Origin: an uncultured archaeon
GTDB lineage: Archaea > Aenigmatarchaeota > Aenigmatarchaeia > Aenigmatarchaeales > DAIDAN01
Length of the DNA: 64,000 nt
Assembly (NCBI GenBank): GCA_964545795.1
Contig: CAZJGC010000003.1
Coordinates: 738-64,737, forward strand
Reading direction: 5' to 3'
Positions 9,650 to 18,613 of the stretch are shown in pieces. Position 1 is the stretch's first letter, and every line of letters begins with the position of its first letter. The position numbers were made by a program, and so were the translations under genes. Under the pieces are notes generated by a model, which saw only the letters and a program-made list of their open reading frames with translations, was not told where the DNA came from and made no database searches.

Positions 9650-9667
9650 AAAATAATAATTATAAAT

Positions 9668-10384
9668 TTATGAGAATTTATTGTGCAAAATTTCTATAAT
9701 TTTTTCTTCAGGTGTCAATGTTATAGCTACAGGTATTCTTTCAACAAAAGCTATTCTTTTCGCGATTTCATCAACGGATTTTATATTTACAAATATTACA
9801 ATTCCTGGTTTAAGATTGGATACTTTTATGGCTATCATTGGGCTTCTTCCGCGTTTAAGATTAGTGAATATAAGAGCCCTTTCTGTTGTCAATCCATACA
9901 ATTTTACAAGGTCTGTTGGAGGCAAATTTATTATTGCTTTAAGGCTGTCTATTATTGTATATCCATAAATATTATTATTTGACAATTCTTCATGAACAAC
10001 AACATCAGCTCCAATAATTTTGCAGAAATTTTTTATTGAAACAGGTTTGTTAAATTCTTTTAAACTTATAACAGCATCAGATAAAATTGTTTCTGTTGGA
10101 AGAGAAGAGAAATATTTTATAATATTTCCGCCATTTCTTTCATCAATATTTATAAGGGCTTCAACTATGCGTTTTATAATTTTTATTCCCGGACTTTTTC
10201 TTCTGCCTGATTCATAATCACTTATAACAGACGGCATTATATGCATTTCATCTGCAAGAGTTTTTTGCGATAATTTAAAAATATTTCTCCATTTTTGTAT
10301 TGTTTTTCCATGGTCATTGCTTAATACAATTTCTCCTGCTATTCTTTTTAGTAAATTTTCTTTTGCTAATGAATTTTTATCCAT
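9668..10384 (-). CDS. XRE-type HTH transcription regulator with a conserved archaeal C-terminal domain (COG1395-like)
   Basis: HTH segment LSQKTLADEMHIMPSVISDYESGRR near the N-terminus. Confidence 0.55.
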   Translation of the reverse strand: MDKNSLAKENLLKRIAGEIVLSNDHGKTIQKWRNIFKLSQKTLADEMHIMPSVISDYESGRRKSPGIKIIKRIVEALINIDERNGGNIIKYFSSLPTETILSDAVISLKEFNKPVSIKNFCKIIGADVVVHEELSNNNIYGYTIIDSLKAIINLPPTDLVKLYGLTTERALIFTNLKRGRSPMIAIKVSNLKPGIVIFVNIKSVDEIAKRIAFVERIPVAITLTPEEKIIEILHNKFS

Positions 10385-10466
10385 ATAAGTATATTGACGA
10401 TAGTCATTTAAATAATTAACGAATGTTATATTAAAACTTTATATAATTAGCAAACAAAATAACTAT

Positions 10467-11018
10467 ATGAGCATAGCAACTGATAAAATATTGGTAAAGG
10501 ATGCAATGAGAAAAAAGGTTTTTACAACAACTGTTGATGAGAGTGTTTTAGATGTTGCCATAAAATTAAAAAATAACGGTGTAGGAAGTCTTGTTGTTAT
10601 GGATGGTGAAAAACCTATAGGAATAATAACAAGAGAAGATATTTCAGATAAGGTTGCTGCTCAGGATAAAAAGGCGTCGGAAGTTAAAGTAAAAGATGTT
10701 ATGAATCAGCCATTAATATCATGTTCTTCTAATGATGATATAAATAGCGTTTCAAAAATTATGGTAAAGTATGGTTATAGAAGAATACCTGTTATAGATA
10801 ATGGAAAACTTGTTGGTATCATATCAGCAAAGGAAATATTGAAAATTTCCCCTGTTCTTGTAGATGTTTTTAAAGAGTATCTTGAAAGAAAATATTCTCC
10901 TGATAAAGAAGAAAGCATGGAAGGCGGGACATGTGAGATGTGCGACAATTATTCTGAAAGTTTGACAAATGTTAATGATAAATGGATATGCGAAGCATGC
11001 AAGGAAGAGAGCGAGTGA
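10467..11018 (+). CDS. CBS-pair domain protein with C-terminal Cys4 zinc ribbon
   Basis: Two CBS repeats; C-terminal CEMCDN...CEACKEE. Confidence 0.7.
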   Translation: MSIATDKILVKDAMRKKVFTTTVDESVLDVAIKLKNNGVGSLVVMDGEKPIGIITREDISDKVAAQDKKASEVKVKDVMNQPLISCSSNDDINSVSKIMVKYGYRRIPVIDNGKLVGIISAKEILKISPVLVDVFKEYLERKYSPDKEESMEGGTCEMCDNYSESLTNVNDKWICEACKEESE

Positions 11019-11020
11019 TA

Positions 11021-11248
11021 ATGCTTGTAAATGCCAAAGTGAAGACAGGCGCAAAAAAATTTTCTGTGAAATTTGAAAATAATATATTATTTATATCATT
11101 AACAGAGCAGCCTGAAAATAATAAAGCAAATATAGAACTTATAAAACAACTGACAAAAGTTTTTGGACCATGTAGAATTGTGAAAGGGTTGCGCTCAAAA
11201 AACAAGGTTATTGAGTTTGAAGCAGATAAAATTAAATTTTCAGATTAG
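11021..11248 (+). CDS. YggU/DUF167-family small protein
   Basis: MLVNAKVKTGAKK... pattern of the UPF0235 family. The likely real start is the ATG at 11021 rather than the track start at 10982, which overlaps the CBS gene. Confidence 0.55.
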   Translation: MLVNAKVKTGAKKFSVKFENNILFISLTEQPENNKANIELIKQLTKVFGPCRIVKGLRSKNKVIEFEADKIKFSD

Positions 11249-11426
11249 TTTCTGTTTGCTCTGCATATGTTTAAATATTTTAAAATTCTATAACTATTAT
11301 TGAAACCGGAAAAGCTGGTAAAAATTAAATTAATCAATTAATATCATTTATAATCATTAGTAAATCAATAACAAACAGGAAATTAGACATAACAGCTCTT
11401 TCTCGGTTTAAAAAACGAAAAGGTGA

Positions 11427-12632
11427 TTGTTTATGGCTAAATTGGCTCAAACAACTTCAAAATATACTATTTACGCGAAATTTGAAGCTGACGGCACTGT
11501 TGAAAAACCTGATGTAATAGGCGCTGTTTTCGGGCAGACAGAAGGCTTGCTCGGACAGGAACTTGATTTAAGGGAACTTCAGAGAACAGGGAGAATAGGA
11601 AGAATAGATGTTGAATTGACTTCAAAGAACGGCAAAGTGTCAGGAAAAATAATTATTCCTTCTTCGCTTGATGGAAGTGAGACAGCGCTGATAGGCGCAT
11701 GCATGGAAACAATAGAACGTGTTGGGCCATGCAATGCAACTGTTGTGGTTGAAAAAATAGAAGATGTGAGGGCGGTAAAGAGAAGATATGTTATAGACAG
11801 GGCGAAAGAACTTCTTGAAAGCCTTTATGATATTGGAATGGAAGCAGAGGAAATATCGGAGCAAATAAAAGAGGCTGTGAGGTCAAGCGAAATAACAACA
11901 TATCAGGGCTTGCCTGCAGGACCTAAAATAACAAGTTCTGATAATATTATAGTTGTTGAAGGACGCGCAGATGTTGTTAATTTGTTAAGATGCGGCATTA
12001 AAAATGTCATAGCAATAGAAGGCACAAGCATACCTGAAGCCATAATAAATCTTTCAAAGGAAAAAACAATGACAGTTTTTTTGGACGGAGACAGGGGCGG
12101 AGATTTAATTTTAAAGGAAATGCTTGCTGTGTGCGAGGTTGATTTCATAGCTCGCGCAACAAGGGGCAAGGAAGTTGAAGACCTGACAAAGAAAGAAATA
12201 TATAAATGTTTGAGAGCTCAGATGCCTGTTGACCAATACAAAGAGGAATTTAATTTGGAGAAAGGAAAGAGAGGAAATTCAAAACAGGCAAATACAAGGC
12301 AGGCAGATGCAAAACAGATAAACAAAAATGCGAAGATTGGAAAGGAGAAAATGGCAAACATAAAGAAATTGCTGGAGGAATTGACGGGAACAAGAGCTGC
12401 CTGTTTCTTGGATGAAGACATGAACATTACAAAGAGAATGCCTGTTAAGGATATGTTCAATGCCATGAAAGAGGTGCACCCGTTTGCATTGGTTTTTGAC
12501 GGAGAGATAGACCAGAAACTTGTTACATTTTCATCTCAAAGAAATGTCAGATATATTGTCGGCATGAAGACAAGGGGAAGAATCGCAGTTCCAGATAATA
12601 TGCAGGTGTTCACTATTGACACCCTGCAATAA
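11427..12632 (+). CDS. dnaG: archaeal DnaG-like primase (TOPRIM; exosome-associated)
   Basis: N-terminus KYTIYAKFEADGTVEKPDVIGAVFGQTEGLLG is diagnostic of archaeal DnaG. TOPRIM IVVEGRADVVNL plus DGDRGG. Confidence 0.85.
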   Translation: MFMAKLAQTTSKYTIYAKFEADGTVEKPDVIGAVFGQTEGLLGQELDLRELQRTGRIGRIDVELTSKNGKVSGKIIIPSSLDGSETALIGACMETIERVGPCNATVVVEKIEDVRAVKRRYVIDRAKELLESLYDIGMEAEEISEQIKEAVRSSEITTYQGLPAGPKITSSDNIIVVEGRADVVNLLRCGIKNVIAIEGTSIPEAIINLSKEKTMTVFLDGDRGGDLILKEMLAVCEVDFIARATRGKEVEDLTKKEIYKCLRAQMPVDQYKEEFNLEKGKRGNSKQANTRQADAKQINKNAKIGKEKMANIKKLLEELTGTRAACFLDEDMNITKRMPVKDMFNAMKEVHPFALVFDGEIDQKLVTFSSQRNVRYIVGMKTRGRIAVPDNMQVFTIDTLQ

Positions 12633-12662
12633 TTTTTTATTTATATTTTTTAATTTTATAAC

Positions 12663-13673
12663 ATGAATGAAGTGGAAAATAGAATAAGAAATCTAAATAT
12701 ATTGAAGGGCAAGGTTGATATAGTACTTCTTGCTAACATGGATAACCCGTGCAAGGATGCAAATTTTATTTATTTTGCAGCAACCGATTCTGATTATTCT
12801 TTTTTTCTATATGATTTTTCAAGAGCCGAGATAGTTACAAACAGGCTGGAATTTCCAAAAATAAAGAAAGAGTCAAAAATAAGAGATGTTAAGGTTCCTG
12901 AAAAAATGCTTGAATATTTGAGTCATAAACTAAGCAATAAAAGAGTTGGTGTTGATTCAAACCTTTCATTCTTTCTTGCAAGGAAACTGAAAATAAAACC
13001 TGTTGACATAACAAAGGAACTTGAAGGCATAAGGTCTGTTAAGTCAGAATTAGAAGTAAAAAACATAAAAAAAGCATGCAAAATAACAAGCAATATAATG
13101 GAAGCTTTGAATGATTTTATAAAACCTGGATTGTCTGAGAACAAAATAAGAATGCATATAAGAAAAATGATAATTGAAGCAGGCGCATCAGAAGCAATGT
13201 TTGATGTAATTGTAAGTTCTGGGCATAACACATCAGTTCCGCATTCGCTTAATGCAGACAGAAAAATAAAGAGCAATGATATTGTTATGGTTGATTTTGG
13301 ATGCAGATATAAAAACTATCATTCGGACATGACAAGAATGTTTTTTCTTGGAAGCAATAAACACAGAATTCGTTATGAAATGCTGGAGTCATTGTTAGAT
13401 GAAGTAAAAGATTTTATTCATGTCGGAATGAGGGCAGGAGATGTTGATGAGTTTATAAGAAGCAGGCTTGGAGAGAGATTTATACATGCAGCAGGGCATG
13501 GTTTGGGTCTGCTGCCGCATGAAACGCCTGTTATTTCCGAGAAATCAGATGATATATTAAAAGAGAACATGGTGTTTGCAATTGAACCCGGCATTTATTT
13601 TAAGAACTATGGTTTGCGTATAGAGGACACAGTTTTATTAACAAGAAAAGGTATAAAAACTTTGACGAAATAA
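12663..13673 (+). CDS. M24-family metallopeptidase (Xaa-Pro aminopeptidase/prolidase-like)
   Basis: Pita-bread fold metal ligands: DFG...D...HGLGL...E...E(IEPG). Confidence 0.75.
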   Translation: MNEVENRIRNLNILKGKVDIVLLANMDNPCKDANFIYFAATDSDYSFFLYDFSRAEIVTNRLEFPKIKKESKIRDVKVPEKMLEYLSHKLSNKRVGVDSNLSFFLARKLKIKPVDITKELEGIRSVKSELEVKNIKKACKITSNIMEALNDFIKPGLSENKIRMHIRKMIIEAGASEAMFDVIVSSGHNTSVPHSLNADRKIKSNDIVMVDFGCRYKNYHSDMTRMFFLGSNKHRIRYEMLESLLDEVKDFIHVGMRAGDVDEFIRSRLGERFIHAAGHGLGLLPHETPVISEKSDDILKENMVFAIEPGIYFKNYGLRIEDTVLLTRKGIKTLTK

Positions 13674-13674
13674 T

Positions 13675-14724
13675 TTGATGGGTGTTGCTATGAAGAAAAT
13701 ATTAAAGGCTCTTGTTGAGGCGCAATCTGTAACAGGAAGAGAAAACAATGTAAGAAACATTATGAAAAAAGAGTTTGAGAAATCATGCGATTCGGTTGAA
13801 GTAAATAAAATGGGAAATATTATAGCAAAAAAAGGCAAAGGCAAAATAAAACTGATGTTTGTTTCTCATATGGATGAAGTTGGCCTGATGGTGAAATATG
13901 TAACAGAAAACGGGTTTCTTAGATTTGATCCTCTTGGCGGAATAGACCAGCGTTCTCTTCTTGCCCAAAAAGTTCGCGTGTATGCTGACAATGGCAAAGT
14001 GTTTGTTGGAGTTATAGGAAGCAAGCCAATTCATATTCAGGAAAGAGAAGAGCAGGAGAAGGTTATAAAAATGAAGAGGCTTTTTATTGATGTTGGCGCA
14101 GGAAGCAGAAAAGAAGTTGAGAAAATGGGAATTAAGCCCGGTGCATTTGTTGGTTTGTACAGGGAGTTTTCAGAACTTGCAGACAATAAAGTTACTGGAA
14201 ACGGATTGGATAACAGGGCAGGTTGCGCAGTGTTAATAGAATTAATGAAAAGAGTGAAGCCGAAAAACTGCACAATATATGCTGTTGGTTCTGTGCAGGA
14301 AGAAAAGGGATTGATAGGAGCAAGAGGCACAATATTTCAGATAAATCCTGATGTAGTAATTGGCGTTGATACAACTATAGCAGGAGATACTCCTGAGATT
14401 GAGGAGGCGGACGCGCCTGTTAAAATAGGAGAAGGGCCTGTTATAGTTTTAATGGACGGATATTCTGTTATACATCCTTCAGTAAAGAAATGGATTATGG
14501 AAACTGCAGAAAGAAATAAAATAAAGTATCAATTTGAATTGTCTCCAAATGCTGGAATGGATTCTTCTGTGGCGGCAATAATAAGGGAAGGCATTCCGGC
14601 AGCAGGAATAGCAGTGCCTACAAGGTATCTGCATACAGGAGTTGAAGTTTTAAGCATGAAAGATTTGGAAAGCGTTGCAGGTTTGCTGGAGCATATAGTT
14701 AAAACAGTTGACAAATATTTTTAG
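13675..14724 (+). CDS. M42-family (TET/FrvX-like) aminopeptidase
   Basis: SHMDEVG, DNRAGC and EEKGL(I)GA motifs. Confidence 0.8.
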   Translation: MMGVAMKKILKALVEAQSVTGRENNVRNIMKKEFEKSCDSVEVNKMGNIIAKKGKGKIKLMFVSHMDEVGLMVKYVTENGFLRFDPLGGIDQRSLLAQKVRVYADNGKVFVGVIGSKPIHIQEREEQEKVIKMKRLFIDVGAGSRKEVEKMGIKPGAFVGLYREFSELADNKVTGNGLDNRAGCAVLIELMKRVKPKNCTIYAVGSVQEEKGLIGARGTIFQINPDVVIGVDTTIAGDTPEIEEADAPVKIGEGPVIVLMDGYSVIHPSVKKWIMETAERNKIKYQFELSPNAGMDSSVAAIIREGIPAAGIAVPTRYLHTGVEVLSMKDLESVAGLLEHIVKTVDKYF

Positions 14725-15657
14725 TTGATTAAAATGAATCTGGAGCAGACACTCAAAAACATTTTTAATATTAAGAAAAATGAAAAGGTTGTAATTTTAA
14801 CAGATAAACTTGAAATTAAGAATGCAAAGTTGTTTTTCAATGCTGCAAAAAAACTTTCTGAGAATACGCGGATTTTGGTAAAACCTGTTGGAGACCACAG
14901 CGGTCAGGAGCCAAGTCCAGAGATAGCAAGAGAGATGAAAAATTCAGATGTTCTTATAATTGTTACTACGCATTCGCTAACGCATACAAAAGCGGTTGCA
15001 TCTGCAAGAAAAAAGGGAGTTAGAATATCTTCAATGCCGGGTTTTCAGAAAAAAATGATAAGGGCTTTGAATGCCAACCCTTTGGAAATGAAAAAAACAG
15101 GAATTAAAATCAGGAATGCTCTTGAAAAAGCGAAGATGTTGAATGTAGTTTCAGATTCGGGCACCGATATATCATTTAAAGTCAGGAAGAAAATTGAAAT
15201 AGATTATGGGTTGTTCAGAAAAAAAGGAGATATTGGAAATCTGCCTGCTGGAGAAGTTTATTTTGCCCCTATTGAAGGAAGTTCAAACGGAAAGATTGTT
15301 ATTGATTCAATGAAAAACTGCAAATGTTTTGCAAAGAAAGGAACTGTTGTTACAGTGAAAGATGGAAAGGTTGTTGACATTTCTGATAAAAAATCAACTC
15401 TTGCAAAATACCTGAGTAAAATAAAAAACGCGGACAATATTGCAGAGTTTGGCATAGGAATAAACAGAAAGGCAAAAGTAATAGGGTTTATATTGCAGGA
15501 TGAAAAAGCTTCCGGCACATGCCATATAGCATTCGGAAACAGCAAAGCCATAGGAGGTAAAGTTTATTCTGAAATACATGTTGATGCGATAATATTCAAA
15601 CCGACAATATATGCCGATGAAAAAATAATAATGAAAAAAGGGAGACTTGTTGTATAG
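14725..15657 (+). CDS. M29-like (aminopeptidase T/AmpS family) peptidase, short form
   Basis: GEVYFAPIEGS and CHIAFG motifs resemble the M29 C-terminal half. Confidence 0.45.
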   Translation: MIKMNLEQTLKNIFNIKKNEKVVILTDKLEIKNAKLFFNAAKKLSENTRILVKPVGDHSGQEPSPEIAREMKNSDVLIIVTTHSLTHTKAVASARKKGVRISSMPGFQKKMIRALNANPLEMKKTGIKIRNALEKAKMLNVVSDSGTDISFKVRKKIEIDYGLFRKKGDIGNLPAGEVYFAPIEGSSNGKIVIDSMKNCKCFAKKGTVVTVKDGKVVDISDKKSTLAKYLSKIKNADNIAEFGIGINRKAKVIGFILQDEKASGTCHIAFGNSKAIGGKVYSEIHVDAIIFKPTIYADEKIIMKKGRLVV

Positions 15658-15660
15658 TTT

Positions 15661-15975
15661 TTATTCCAGCAACTTCTCAATTTTTGCTTTCAATGCTTCT
15701 TTTCCACCGAAACCTATCATAGTGTCAACATGCTTTCCGTCTTTAAAGAACAGCACTGTTGGTATTGACATTATTCCAAATTTTGCTGTTGTTTGCGGAT
15801 TTTTGTCAACATCAAGTTTGCCAAACGAAACATTTTTTATTTCTTCTGACAACTCGTCTATTATAGGAGAAAGCATTTTGCAAGGACCGCACCAGTCTGC
15901 GTAACAGTCAAGAACCACATTGCCTTTTTTTATAAATTCCTCAAGATTAGAGTCATTCACAGTTTCAACAGCCAT
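15661..15975 (-). CDS. trxA: thioredoxin
   Basis: WCGPC active site; 104 aa. Confidence 0.9.
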   Translation of the reverse strand: MAVETVNDSNLEEFIKKGNVVLDCYADWCGPCKMLSPIIDELSEEIKNVSFGKLDVDKNPQTTAKFGIMSIPTVLFFKDGKHVDTMIGFGGKEALKAKIEKLLE

Positions 15976-15979
15976 TTAT

Positions 15980-17242
15980 TCACCCCTCTTTTTTATTATT
16001 ATCAATTGTTTTATATTTATTTATGCATTCATTCAAATCATCTATGGCAAACAACAACGGATTTTTCTGTCCCTTTATTTTTTCCCATGTATCTTTTTTC
16101 AGGCAGATTTTTAGCGGAATTTTCAGTTTTTTGCATGCCTTTTCCAGAGCAAAAAATGTTTCACTTGGCTTTAAAAAGCAAAAATATTTTTTGTATTTTT
16201 GGCTTCTCAAATAGTTTTCAACCCTTTTTGCAGTAATTTTAATATAAAGTTTTTTTATTTCTTCTGTCTCTTCCCATTCAGGCCAGTCATAATTTGCAAA
16301 CGGATATTTTCCTGAGAATTCATAAGGTATTACTCCAGGAGAACTTATTACAACAATATGAAAATTTTTAGGAACCAATTTCAGAATTTCTTTGTGCAAT
16401 CTTGATCTTGAATATGGTTTTGTGTATGTGCATGGAACAAATAAAACATAATTTTTTTCTTTCGGTCTTTCATAAAATCTGCAGAAATAATCCTGCCATA
16501 CTTCAAAGTGCGGGTGCAGCAATTCATTTTTTGTCGCTCCTCTTATCTGTTCCTGCTTGTTTTTTGGAATTCTTGGAACAAATGCAAAATTGTCAAAATC
16601 AGTTTCCACATTCTTGAAAGGTTTCACTGTTTTCTCAAACTGTTTTTTATCAAGAGGTTTCCACTTTCCTTTTATCCAGAGTTCATATATAGGGGCAAGA
16701 GAGTGCGGAAATGTGTTTATAAGAACAATTTCATCTGAATATTTTCTTGCAAAATCAACAGATTTTTTCAGGTTGTTTTTAAATGGTAAACCAACCATCA
16801 AATAAGTTCTTAACTTGCAGTTATTTCTCTTCAATACCTTTGCCGCCCTGATATAATCTTCTGTTGTAAAACCTTTGTTGTATTTTTTTAATACCTCGTT
16901 GTCCGCAGACTCCAGACCTATTGCTACAGTCAGTTTTGTTTGCGAAAAATCTTTCAGGTTTTCATCTGTTATAAATTCCGGTCTTGATTCAATTGTGAGT
17001 TCAATGCCTTTGCATTTTCCTGCAAGATATTTTCTTATTGTTCTCGGAAATTGATTGTCATCAAGAAACGAACCGGATGCAAACACCTTTAGTTTTTTAA
17101 ATTTGTTTTTTCTGAAGAAATTGTCTATTTCTTTTTTAAGTTCATGAATTGATTTCTTTCTTGCTTCCATTCTTCCCCATCCGCAGGCAAAACATTTTCC
17201 CCAAGAGCATTTTCCGCTGTTTAAAATCAAGATTTTTTCCAT
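15980..17242 (-). CDS. archaeosine-pathway protein: N-terminal radical-SAM-like domain (RaSEA-type) fused to an ArcS-type C-terminal domain with the PC-X3-KPY motif
   Basis: N-terminal Cys cluster CSWGKCFAC and a radical-SAM-like core (IGLESADNEVL). C-terminal VPCTYTKPY matches the ArcS PC-X3-KPY signature. arcTGT is 3 kb away. Confidence 0.45.
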   Translation of the reverse strand: MEKILILNSGKCSWGKCFACGWGRMEARKKSIHELKKEIDNFFRKNKFKKLKVFASGSFLDDNQFPRTIRKYLAGKCKGIELTIESRPEFITDENLKDFSQTKLTVAIGLESADNEVLKKYNKGFTTEDYIRAAKVLKRNNCKLRTYLMVGLPFKNNLKKSVDFARKYSDEIVLINTFPHSLAPIYELWIKGKWKPLDKKQFEKTVKPFKNVETDFDNFAFVPRIPKNKQEQIRGATKNELLHPHFEVWQDYFCRFYERPKEKNYVLFVPCTYTKPYSRSRLHKEILKLVPKNFHIVVISSPGVIPYEFSGKYPFANYDWPEWEETEEIKKLYIKITAKRVENYLRSQKYKKYFCFLKPSETFFALEKACKKLKIPLKICLKKDTWEKIKGQKNPLLFAIDDLNECINKYKTIDNNKKEG

Positions 17243-17942
17243 GTTGTTAATTGTATTTTATTGTTTTATAAGAGTTGCGGGCAATATTTTTAGTATGCAG
17301 ATAGGCAGAATATTAAATAAACTGAAAAGAGAGGTTCTTTCTTGCAACATTCCTGCAGTTGATTTGGTGTGCATGAAAACAGCAGACCCTTACAAAACGC
17401 TTGTAACAGCAATTCTTTCTGCGCGCACAAAAGATGAAACAACATTGTCTGCTGCCAGAAGACTGTTTTTAAAAGCCAAGAATTTATGCATGTTGGAAAA
17501 ACTAAAAGTTAGAGATATTGAAAAGTTAATTTATCCTGTTGGTTTCTATAAAAACAAAGCAAGGGCTTTGAAGCAAATGCCTAAAATCATTAATAAGAAT
17601 TTTAATGGAAAAATTCCTGATACATTTGAAAATCTGATAGAACTTCCCGGAGTTGGGAGAAAAACAGCCAATCTTGTTTTGGCAGTATCTTTTAATAAAC
17701 ATGCTATTTGTGTTGATACTCATGTTCACAGGATAATGAACAGAATAGGATATGTAAAAACAGAAACTCCGCATGAAACAGAGATTGAGTTAAGAAAAAA
17801 ATTGCCTAAAAAATACTGGAGAAGTATAAATTCAATTCTTGTCGCTTTTGGCCAGAACATATGCAGACCTGTTTCTCCGTTTTGCAGCAAATGCGTTATA
17901 AGAAAATATTGCAATAAAGTTGGGGTTAAGAGGCGCAGGTGA
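17241..17942 (+). CDS. nth: endonuclease III (HhH-GPD glycosylase with [4Fe-4S] cluster)
   Basis: LPGVGRKTANLVL HhH-GPD motif and C-x6-C-x2-C-x5-C cluster (CRPVSPFCSKCVIRKYC). The true start is probably the internal MQIGRIL at about 17298. Confidence 0.85.
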   Translation: MLLIVFYCFIRVAGNIFSMQIGRILNKLKREVLSCNIPAVDLVCMKTADPYKTLVTAILSARTKDETTLSAARRLFLKAKNLCMLEKLKVRDIEKLIYPVGFYKNKARALKQMPKIINKNFNGKIPDTFENLIELPGVGRKTANLVLAVSFNKHAICVDTHVHRIMNRIGYVKTETPHETEIELRKKLPKKYWRSINSILVAFGQNICRPVSPFCSKCVIRKYCNKVGVKRRR

Positions 17943-18555
17943 GCAAATGAACGCACTTGTTAAAAGAGTAGAAAGGCTGAAAAATAAAAATGTAAGAAAA
18001 TTAATAGATGAGAGAATAAATGAATTTAGAAAAATTGGCAGGAAAACATATAAAGAAATATTTGTTGAACTTTGTTTCTGCATTTTAACGGCGAATTTTA
18101 ATGCTGAAAAAACAATATTGATTCAGGAAAAAATAGGGGACGGTTTTTTAACGCTTTCTCAACGCCAACTTGCAAAAAAATTAAAAAATCTCGGTTACCG
18201 TTATCCCAATATCAGGGCAAGGTATATCGTTGAAGCAAGAAAACATGATTTAATGAAAATTCTAAAAACCAAAAACCCGAGAAAAACGCTTGTTGAAAAT
18301 GTGAAAGGCATTGGTTGCAAAGAGGCAAGTCATTTTTTAAGAAACATTGGGTATGAAAATTTTGCTATATTGGATTTTCATATACTTGATATTCTTGCAA
18401 GGCATGGTTTAATAAAACCTGTAAAAGTTTTGTCAAAGAAAAAATATATTAAGATAGAAGAAAAACTTAAGAAAATTGCATGTAAACTAAATCTGACTTT
18501 GGCTGAACTTGATTTGTATTTATGGTATCTTGAGACAGGCAGAGTGTTGAAATAA
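17920..18555 (+). CDS. ogg: Ogg2-type 8-oxoguanine DNA glycosylase/AP lyase
   Basis: HhH-GPD with VKGIGCKEASHFLRNIG and DFHIL (catalytic K/D). Overlaps the nth stop by 23 nt. Confidence 0.6.
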   Translation: MGLRGAGEQMNALVKRVERLKNKNVRKLIDERINEFRKIGRKTYKEIFVELCFCILTANFNAEKTILIQEKIGDGFLTLSQRQLAKKLKNLGYRYPNIRARYIVEARKHDLMKILKTKNPRKTLVENVKGIGCKEASHFLRNIGYENFAILDFHILDILARHGLIKPVKVLSKKKYIKIEEKLKKIACKLNLTLAELDLYLWYLETGRVLK

Positions 18556-18613
18556 AGTTAATTTTATAAATGGCTAAAAGAAGTATAATATATAATTTTT
18601 ATGGGGTGTAAGC

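Larger units (their letters stand above)
9402..9667. other. predicted chromosomal replication origin (oriC): AT-rich DUE flanked by inverted ORB elements
   Basis: 266-bp gene-free, extremely AT-rich region directly upstream of cdc6. ORB-1 at 9439-9464 (minus orientation, TTTCCTATGGAAATTCAC) and ORB-2 at 9624-9649 (plus orientation, TTTCTATAAGAAATGATAGGGGGTCT with G-string) face each other across about 155 bp of AT-rich DNA. Confidence 0.65.
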
